20,000 nt of DNA, taken from positions 116,015 to 136,014 of the forward strand of contig JAHBMJ010000101.1 of NCBI GenBank assembly GCA_018398765.1. The letters are read 5' to 3'. The notes under the pieces are model-generated. The model was not told the origin of the DNA. It saw nothing but the letters and a program-made list of their open reading frames with translations, and did not search any database. Position 1 is the first letter of the stretch; every line of letters starts with the position of its first letter. The position numbers and the translations under genes were made by a program. This stretch comes from Chromera velia (taxonomy: Eukaryota). Positions 1 through 9,114 of the stretch are shown in pieces.

Positions 1-1
1 A

Positions 2-268
2 AAAGTCCGGAGCCCTTAAGATCATAAGGGAGAAATCTTAGTTAGAGAAATGCTGGAAAGCCTGGAATATAAGCGGCGCGATTCACTACCAAGCAATTTA
101 CCTTAGTAGCAGTTTACCATAAACGGTCTACTACGTATACCAGATGTTCGCTTAATTGCACTTATTAAAATCTTAGCTAAAATCAGGGATAAATCAGAGT
201 TCGTTAAGATTGATATGACGCGTGCAAACAATTTAGGAGACAATATAAAAACTTAGACTTCGCCGTAA
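2..268 (+). pseudogene. Possible 3' remnant of a degraded coding sequence, identity unknown
   Basis: Frame 2 reads KVRSP*DHKGEILVREMLESLEYKRRDSLPSNLP**QFTINGLLRIPDVRLIALIKILAKIRDKSEFVKIDMTRANNLGDNIKT*TSP*. The internal stops (TAA 17; TAG 104, 107, 254) all revert to CAA/CAG/TGG by single transitions. No family recognised. Confidence 0.3.
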
Positions 269-309
269 CGCCGTTGATCACACCACCATATATAGTACCA
301 TTGAATCTG

Positions 310-430
310 ATATTGAGAGATTGATTGATTGGTTGATTAATTACTACTAATTTACTAGATTAACTCAATGACTAATTAATCTAGTACTTAATTAATTGAT
401 TGTTTCAATTTGATTGATTTATTGATTTAT
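310..430. repeat. Degenerate (TTGA)n tetranucleotide repeat with many TTAA/TTTA variants
   Basis: ttgattgattggttgattaatt...ttaattaattgatt...tgattgatttattgatttatt. Confidence 0.7.
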
Positions 431-1479
431 TCCGTCCTAGGGGCCACAGCCTGCATGCCCGGTATATTATTACTCATATTGCAATGATGATCCCTTGTAA
501 AGGTTGTTGCTAGGTTTGCTGCCTAGGTTGCCGCTCGTATAATTGAGTCGTATTTGTTCCGACTCGTATAGAATATTTGCATAGGCCCTTGCACACTAGC
601 TTTACACCTATCATCATCGTGCGCTATATGATATCGCTATCGCGGATCGGCCCTTCGATTGGGCCACAAATAAAGCGTGTATCGTTAGATGGCAAGACGC
701 GAGCTCCTGCGACAGTTAGGACTAGTTAGATATTAAATTTTAAGACTCAAATTAAGAGCAATCTAGATCAAAAACAGTCCACATTTTTTATGCTTTGCGT
801 CTTTTAAAAAGTTGACTATCTTTGATACAGGATATACATCTAAATATACATTTTCTACTAGATTTTCCATGGCCGTTTAGGCTAGCCGCTGGCCCAAACC
901 GTAGTAGTCTAGGTAGTAGTTAGGGTAGTAGTAGCTCTCTGGGCCTCTGGCGCTAGTTTTAGCGCCACAGTATGCTGTCACTAGATGTACAGGCTGTAAC
1001 AGTACAGCTTAAGACAGCGTAAATCGCTTCTAGGCAATGTAATAGGCACTAGTCTACCGCTAGAGTAGGCGTCAGTTTAAAAAAAATAAGTATAGAAACC
1101 GTAAAACCTTTTACCTAGCTAGCCTTTTACTTTCTTTTTTTTTTGTCACTTATAAAGTCAAACACTAGCTTTGTCAAACAAGTGTTGTTGTTTAAGTGTT
1201 GCATAAGTTTTTTTTATATGTTGTGTAGCATTGTAGCTGTTAATTAAGTGTTGTGCCGATTAAAAGGGTAAATTAAAAATTAGAAATTAAAAAAAAATAA
1301 AAAGTCTCATCAGATTGGTTTTTTTTTTTTTTCTTTAGACAACGCCTATAGAATCACTTCTAAGTTCAAGTTTAAATTTATTAGATTTAACTTGATCATT
1401 TAAGTTTAAGAATAGATTTACGTATTCTGTTTTACACAGCTTCCATGAGCGCCCACTCCTACTCCTGATGCCAAAACGG

Positions 1480-3629
1480 CTAAAAAAGCGACTCACTAAT
1501 CAACTTGCATAGTTTTCTCTCCGCGAGTCCAAGGTTACATGCCTCATGCACCGAAAATTGGAAGGCTTCTTTTTTTTCCTTCCCTTCATACGTCTTCTGC
1601 TCCCCGATGTTTAGCCGTCTGAGATTGGGAAGCGACGAAGGGTGGAGAGCATCAAAGAATGCAGATGCTCCTTCAATGCCAATCCGATTGTCAGAAAGAG
1701 ACACAGACCAAAGCTCTGAAAAATTGGAGGCCCCAAACACTCCTCCAAGCGCCCTCATGCCTTCATCGTCGATATTGGAGTCAATGAATGACAATTCTCT
1801 GAGGTGAGGGAGCTTCCCTGCTGCGAGCGTTCGAAGCGCCCCCGCGTCCAGTCTGCCTTTGTTGAGAAAGAGAGACTTCAAACCGGGTAGCCCGCTCTCA
1901 CTCTGAGTGATTCCACTCAATAACGGACCCCCGTAGACACGGCGCCCCCCTTCTTCAAGGCACAAGCACAGATGAAAAAGACGAGAAGGGAACCTCCCTG
2001 CCCTTATACCCTCTCCAAGGGCCAACAGGCCCTCGTCTCCAGCACGATACAGGACAGGGGAGTCAGAAGGAATTTCAGAGCGAACTTGGTAAAAGTCTAT
2101 GATGCTGCGTGTCGTCTCTACGGCAACCGCTCGCTTTTGACAAGAATCGACACTCTGCAGTGAAATGAGCTTGCCAGAAACGAGAACAGGAATGACAGAC
2201 TTTCCAGCCCCAGCAGCTGCCTCTGACGGGAAATGGAGCCACCGAAGCTTTGGAAGACCGTCAGCACGCTCGGCAACGGCAGACATGAAATCTTCCCCCG
2301 CCCCTTTTCCAACGTTCTCGTTGCGAGACAATCGCAAAAAGGCTGAACCAACCAACGCCCCCGTCCTAACTGCCGCTGCAAGACCGCTCACCCCTTCATC
2401 GGTGAGACCAGATTCCGTCAGGTTGATCTCTGACAATTTAGGCAGCTTCCCTGCCTCAAGAGCCCCCCCCAGCACCCCGGCTCCCTCTCCCGCTCTCGTC
2501 CTGGCCAGATTCAGCACCTCCAGAGAGGGCAGACCCTCTTGGCCCTCCATGAGAGCCCCCATCAGGGTCCCCATCCCTTCCCCTGTCATCCCCCGGTTGT
2601 CCTGCAGGGTCAGATTCTGCAGACCAGTGAGGCGACCAGCCCTGACTGAATCTGCCAGGAGAGCAATCTCTGCATCGGTCAAATGCATTCGCAAGTCTAA
2701 ATGGCACAGAAGAGGGAGATTTGTGTGTACAACGGCAGGGAGGAATACAGCCTTCTCATGGTCAGATAGCTGTGTCTCGATGACCTGGCCCTTTGCCTTG
2801 ATTACTAACTTGTTGACTGCCCGACACCGTCCCTTAAGGACACTTTCTGTCAGCAGCCTCAGAGCCTCATTACCCACTTCCTCCAACACCCATTCAAGAA
2901 ACTGCAAACCTAGTCTCTCAAATTGGAGGGATTCAGAGGTTTTCATGAGTGCACCAAAAAATGTACCTGCACGGCTACCTTCTCTAGAAAAGAAAAGATT
3001 CAGCTGCCGGATGGCCGGATATTTGCCGTTCACAAGGGCTCGGAGCCTCTCTTCGTCGACGGTGCCTGCGTACAGCGAGAGGTCGACACGCATGGAGGGG
3101 GGCCGTTCTGCTGTTGTGAGTGAGTCTAAAAAGACTGCCATATTTTGCGGAGACTCATGCAAAGACGAGAAACAAAGCAGCCGGAAGGCGGGGACCGATT
3201 GAATGCGGAGAGCCCCCCCCAATGAAGTCAACCCTTTCCCCCAACGAGCACCAGGCCAGTTCACCAGATCGTCATCTAGTGCCAGAGTTTCTAGACAACC
3301 GAGGTCCCCTTTTTCCATTCTCGCTGCAATTCGTTCCATCCCCTTCCCCGCAATACGGCAATTTCTCAGAAAAATCTCGCGCGCACAGGGCAGAGATGCG
3401 GTGCAGAGGACCGGGCAGAGAACAGCTATGCCCGAATCCCCGAAATGGTTCTCTGACAGGTTCAGGGTCTCCACTCTCAGAGGGGTCTCTGCGATGGCTG
3501 TGCACAGGGGTTTTAGGCACTCCTCATCTAACTCGGTGTTCTCGAGGTCCAGACTCTTCAGACCCGACGCCTTCCCCAACATGATCACCTCTGCCAGAGC
3601 CTCAATCCCCCCAGCCCTCAGGGAGTTGC
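1480..3629 (-). CDS. Large terminal exon of the LRR gene (716 codons including stop)
   Basis: Acceptor cttcatgcag|GC at 3630/3629; open to TAG at 1482-1480; RNI-type LRR periodicity throughout. Confidence 0.93.
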
Positions 3630-3984
3630 CTGCATGAAGACCCCAAAAAAGCAAATTAATTTTCTTCTTCATCAGCCTGCAGGGGCTTCTCTCTCACCCG
3701 TCACTCCCTGGCTTGCTGGCCCTGGCTGTCTGGCTGCTTTTCTGCCCTACTGGGTAGGCGAAACTATGCTATTGCGAAATTGATACTGCGTTATCTTGTG
3801 TTTTGTGCACCAAAGCCCATTTTTGTCTCACTGATTCTTGGGGGCCCTGAATGCTGGCGCGAAGAGAAAGTGGGACTGACTGGGCTGACCTCGCAGACAG
3901 AGAACCTTCACCAGGGGAAGCAGAAGAGGAAAGACTGGAGGAGCTTCAAGAGGGCTGATGGACTCCTCTGCAGATGTACACACA

Positions 3985-4037
<53 letters not shown>

Positions 4038-5885
4038 GGGGAAGGAGTCAACGTGCATAAAACAGCTTGAGACACCAGAAATCAGCCCCACATTCCTTCC
4101 ATAGTCGGGGAATGAATGCCCTTTTTCTGTTGCATGCTTTGATGCATCAACAGTCTCTCTCGTGCCACAGCTGCACAAATGAATGCTTGTTTCTCCCTTT
4201 TCCCTCTAAAAAGAGCCGTGGCTCTCAGATTACTTTTTTTTTTCTAGCCTGACTTCTCAATGCGGATGTCATTCGTTCGCTTTTTCATCACTGCTGCCCG
4301 CGTTTTCTTCCTTAGACTCTGTCGCTTCATGGCAGTCTTTTCTCCTTCTCCGATCTCATGCCAGGTCGACCTCTGGAGCCGGTGGAACGGTCAAGCCACT
4401 CAATCGTTTTCACCCTCACCCAACGTAAGCAACTCAACGGATTCACCTGCAAAAATAAAAGTCCGGGTCTGCAGTTTCGGTACCAGTTGTTGCCCTTGTC
4501 CTGCATCCTGGAGGCGCTTCAGGAAACTCAGGAAGTGGGGCAGGGCTGCTCCTCTGACGGCAATCGAGTCTGCAAACAAAGAATGTGATGGGGAGGAGCT
4601 CAGGGCAGAGAAAGCGTTGTTAGCTCGATTGGTTCTGCGCTCGCTCTTCTGAGGAGTTCAGAGTTTCGGAAAAGAGAAAAAAAAGAAACAAAAGAAGCAA
4701 CGCTTTGGAAACGTTTGGTAACACACTTTCCCTCTCCCGCCTCTTTTTCACTACGTCCGACAGTCCCTCACTCCTTTCCCCCTTCCCTCACTCTCTCCCG
4801 CCCCCTCCCCCCCCCCAAACTTTTTCGATAAAGAGATCGAAAGCAGACTGAATTTCCATTTGCAAAACTTCTTCTGCCTGAGAGGCAGGACAGAAAAGGA
4901 TAATCCTCTTAAATAAGACACTAACCGATTTTTACGTTCACGACAGTCTCAGGCAGAAAGTTGAGGAACAAGAAGACCTTCTTTGGAGACAGCCCGCGCG
5001 ATCCTGCGCAGAGAGAGATCGATCATTCAATTAAGAAAGAAACTGTCAGGACGGGCGGGGAGCGAGGTACCAGCTAGAGCTGAAACTACACCAAGGATCT
5101 CTCTGACTCTTCCTTTCTCTGCAGATTTGTTCTGATGCTTGCTGCATGCTTTGTTTATGAACTTTTTCATTCGTTGGTCTCTGTCTATTTCGCTTCCAGT
5201 TCTCCCTTTTGTCTGCTCCCTCCAGGCCGTGTTTCATCTTTCTTTTCCCTTGCAAACTGGGGGCCCGCACCCACCCACACGCTCTCTCTCACGCACCCGA
5301 TAGGTCGATGGACACCGGTGGAGATGCTTGGACTTTCCCAAGGTCCCTTATCTGCAAACAGAGGACAGGGGACGAACAGCCACACAACAAACAGAGAGGA
5401 TGCATAAAGCTACAAAAAAGGCAACTGGAGCACATGCCCACCAAATGATAAGAGATCCGCAGAATTGTGATCGCTCATTGTTTCAACACGAATCACTGGC
5501 GTATATAAGATTGCTTGGGACAGGCAAAACAAAATAAATAACATTGGGAGGAGGCCGGAGAGCACAGCTAGGGAGGACATGCAGATCGATCGAGAGGCCA
5601 TTCCATGAGAGAGAAGAGGAAAGTCGTTGGTGGTCCTGTTGAAGATTGTGACGGTAAGAAAGTTGGGGGCTGGGTTGAAGAAAAGAAACAGAAAAGTGAG
5701 AGAGAAAAGACCATGCTGATCGAGAGAAGTGTCCCCGGAGAATCTGAAAGTTTTGCATCTAGCGGGCGACGATTGGTGATTTTCTTTCGTAGAATGATCA
5801 AAAGTACCGTATGTGCGTATGAGAGGGCGGCTGCCTGTCTATGACTACTCTGAAACAGTTCGTTGAGAAGTTGACTGACCACCAT
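1480..5885 (-). CDS. RNI-like (ribonuclease-inhibitor/NLRC3-type) leucine-rich repeat protein, spliced, about 885 aa, no NACHT domain visible
   Basis: Exons 5885-5712 (tentative, weak GTCTTT donor), 5351-5297, 5003-4926, 4569-4447, 3967-3890, 3629-1480. All introns are GT..CAG, phases match (0,1,1,1,1), total 2658 nt. Junctions rebuild LRR units (VSIDLS/GSRGLSPKKVFLFLNFLPETVVNVKI/DSIAVRG; VKVLCLR/GNSLRAGGIEALA). The terminal exon has many LxxLxLxxNxI/L repeats, e.g. VETLNLSENHFGDSG and LWSVSLSDNRIGIEG. Confidence 0.85.
3978..4034. repeat. Compound (CA)n(GA)n microsatellite in an LRR-gene intron, just upstream of the 3967 acceptor
   Basis: Directly visible; reads (TC)n(TG)n on the transcribed strand. 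Confidence 0.95.
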
Positions 5886-6499
5886 TGTGCGCTTCAGTGA
5901 TACTGTGTACCGACTAGACTTACATGCACCGACATGCTAAAATTGTGACCCGAAGTGACTGACCTTTGCGAAGAGACGGACCAAAATCCAGGCAATACCG
6001 AAAGACTCCCTTTGTTGTGCGAGCTCCGAGATAGTCTGCGAAGGTAAGAGGCGCGGGAGTGAAGGGGACAGGGCATAGAAAGTGAAGAACGAAGGACAGT
6101 CAAGACAATGCGAGAGATTTCAAAAAAGGAGAAAGAATAATTTTCGAACTGAGCGCATAACTGTAAAAGAGAACTGACTTAAGCACACAAAGAGAAACAT
6201 CCACCGCCCCAAGCTCTCCTTGTCATTCCTCCCCGAAAGAGCAAAAGCTAGGAAAGGAAAGGAGAAATACCAACCTGAGAGGTCAGTGCCAAATGCTGAA
6301 GCAAGACACAGAGGCTTCCCTCTGCTTGAGCCTCCGTCTCCTGAACTGCACAGCACGGGACAATCTGTTCCCCACTTTTCCCCCCCTGTGGCTCCTCCAG
6401 GGGGGCGTTTGTGCCTCCGTTCATTTGCTTCGCCTCTCTCCTTCTGACGGTCGGAGCGTGGAGGTACAACTCTCAAACGGCGTGAGGGGACAGTTATCG

Positions 6500-6870
6500 A
6501 TACACCGAAAAACACATGCATGCGCTTTTCTTTCTTTCTTTCTGGTGAGACCTTCTTCTCAGTCCCGCACGCCTGCTACCCTTACAGCAAGAAAATCCAG
6601 GACTTTGGCTAGGCAGTTGAACCAAAGGGCTGCTGCTCACAATACATATCATGACATCTCACGATACATGAAGGAAGGACTCGACAGCTGCAGGCGAGAA
6701 ATGCATGGTTATATATATAGAGGCATGGCGACATGCACTGCATGCGTGGGGCGACACGCGGACCCGCGCCGCGCGGCCGCTAGCGCGCGGGCCGGTCCTG
6801 CATGCTGCATGCATGCATGTGTCGACCCGCGCGGTCATCGCGCGGTCGAATAAAGAGCGCGCTGCACGGT
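6500..6870. promoter_or_regulatory. CGCG-rich, TGCATG(CA)-rich palindromic island upstream of the LRR gene; candidate promoter
   Basis: TGCATGCA at 6806-6813 and 6810-6817, further TGCATG near 6517, 6702, 6739 and 6799; dense CGCG in 6755-6862; inverted repeat 6822-6849. Regulatory role inferred from position. Confidence 0.5.
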
Positions 6871-9064
6871 GGTAAAACCCCACTATCTTCTGCAAGGTTC
6901 CCAGCCGTTCACATGTACATATACTGAAATGCTCCCAGGGAGTATGCCGTGGCCCCCAAAAGTTCATAAGCTATTGAAAGTTCAATTTCGTTGGCCGGCT
7001 CCGCCGGCGGCCATGGTATCTGACGGGTTGATGCCCCAGACCATTGGCCAGCTCCGCTGACGGCCACAGCAGGTAACGGCAGGGGCTAGCTGAGGATGTA
7101 AACTCTCCATTTTTTCGTGAGTACTTGAGTATTGGGGGGTACTACCTAGTACTACTACTTTAACATACTGTCGGCCAGGGGCCAGATACACACAGGAGTC
7201 GGGCATCGTGACTGCGAGATACATGAAAAGACACATACTACATGCCACCCGTCTGCCATCAACGACACCAACCCCCCTCTTTTCCCTTACAGCGTCTGAA
7301 TACGATTTATCATATTTCGAATGACCAGGTGTTTTCAGCCACCTTACAGTCTTCTTTTCCTTCTTTTGTCTATCACAGCAGTCACCAGCTTTCTCAAATG
7401 TCACCTCAAACATGAAGCAGCACAAGAAAGCAACCCAACCTCACTACTGAATTGATGCAGCCACCCACGCAATACCATTTAATCCAGAATATGAAGACTC
7501 AAGAGCCTCCCTTAAGTGAGATGATCCTACGAGAGTACAAGTCGACACGACCAAGAGAATTACATACATACTGTTTCGTTAATGCGCGTCTCTACCTATA
7601 CAGCAAGTGCAGTAATGATAATTTGATCTCGAATAGGCTTCCTCCCACCTGCTATGATAAACACTCCTTCTTGACTGCAGTTTCTCATTCAAAATACGAT
7701 CGTTTTTCTTTTTTTTTTTACTTCCTGCATCCATGACATCTCAACCGAGCAAGCATAGGTAACCTCCCGGAATTTATCAGCTGAATTTCTGAGGAGAAGC
7801 AGCTTTTCTTCAGGTATGCCCTAAGGCTTTCTCTTTCTCAATCAGTCTGCCACCAAATATCACTTTCTTCACTTTTTCCTTTTCTTTTCCCACTTTTTTT
7901 TTTATTTACTTTTCCCCCTCAACTCAGACAGACAGCGGGAAAGTAAAGACAACAGACAATACAAGACAGAGACAGTCAGAGAAGCGACACACTCACATTC
8001 ACCCTATACACATCGGATTCCCGGCTGAAGTCATCAGTCCCCAGGCAGTACTGAAGACATACGGCCTCTCCTTTCCCTGCCCGACTATCATTCCCTCATA
8101 CAGTCACTTCTCTTCTTCTCATTATTGCCTCTTCTCTTTTGTGCTTATATCTCTTCTCTTCGGCAATCTCCTCTTACCACAATAAACTAACAGTCTTCTC
8201 ACCTCCAACTTCCTTTCCCTCCTCTTTTTTCCTTTTTTCTCTTTGCTTCCCAATTGCCTTGGCCCCCATGACTCATTCCTATTATGAAGACACAATACAG
8301 TCAGGATATACAGTGAAATACAGTCAGACATACCAGCCACCAGACTTAACCACCTCAACACATACACTTCATCCATATTTCATCCTTCTTCCCCCCGAAA
8401 ACAAATTTCCCAAATTTAACCCTCAACCAAAAGAACAACAATCCAGGAGTTCACTGACTTGGAGATGTACAGCAGCCGTAGTGCCCCCATGGCACTACTG
8501 AGCATTTAGAAACGCGGCACACATAGTTGTGAGCAAAGATAAACTTTAAATTAAAAGACCACACACCTCCAGTCACCACAACCAAACCCCCACTCCACAA
8601 GATGCTCTTCCTTCTTCTATCCTCAACAACTCACAGAACAAAAGTAACCAAGTGCATCTCCTACATCACCTGGGCGCGTTCCTTGTAGGCCTGGACACCT
8701 TATGCTTCTTTGCGGCACATCAACAGAGACGGCAGTCAGTCAGTCACTTCAGTCAATTAGACTAAATGGTCTCCCTCCTCAAGCTTGTCCTTCTGGACCC
8801 TCGATCATCTCCAGTGGGCCAGCAACCTAGCTTGAGTTCCGAAGACTCCCTCAGCGTAACTGGAACAAAAAGAAACAACAAGGTCACTCGTATTTGGAAG
8901 AGAGTATCAACTGAACAACAATTTTTCACTCCACAACGAACAACACGAAGGAGACGAAATCTCTTTTCCTTCAATAAATTTTCCACTGACGAACTGGCAC
9001 TGCACTTTTTTTAGCGCAGGCCTTGCGTACAGTGGTAAGAATTCTCTGTCTAATCTGATTGTTC

Positions 9065-9114
9065 ATCAATACAACAAAGTTTGTAATCTATCAATACAAT
9101 AAAGTTTGTAATCC
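9065..9114. repeat. 25-bp tandem duplication (2 copies)
   Basis: atcaatacaacaaagtttgtaatct / atcaatacaataaagtttgtaatcc. Confidence 0.9.

Larger units (their letters stand above)
1..1500. other. TpA-rich, YCA/TGR-depleted hypermutated (RIP-like) domain, probably a decayed repeat or gene region; runs off the left edge
   Basis: Hand counts: about 14 TpA in 1321-1440 versus 1 in 2401-2520 and about 4 in 13321-13440. In 961-1260 all ~20 TG are TGT/TGC (no TGA/TGG), and the ~17 CA are either RCA (11) or GYCA (6). CpG is retained. The mutational interpretation is inference. Confidence 0.7.

Noticed and set aside
2165..3637. Plus-strand ORFs of 345, 154 and 144 aa
   Set aside because: Antisense shadows of the LRR exon; Ser/Pro/Arg-rich with no domain. 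Low TpA makes long antisense ORFs common.
3630..3672. ORF-track start MKKKINLLFWGLHA as the N-terminus of the LRR protein
   Set aside because: It lies in an intron; splicing 3890 to 3629 restores a complete LRR unit.
861..7160. Apparent inverted similarity between 861-935 and 7009-7160 (cggccatgg; actacctag.actactac) as transposon ends
   Set aside because: The matches are short and low-complexity, and their order is inconsistent with an inverted repeat.
9020..9070. A-box-like cagtggtaaga suggesting a tRNA
   Set aside because: No T-arm/B-box or cloverleaf.
9065..9114. CRISPR-like repeat
   Set aside because: Only two adjacent copies, no spacer, eukaryotic context.
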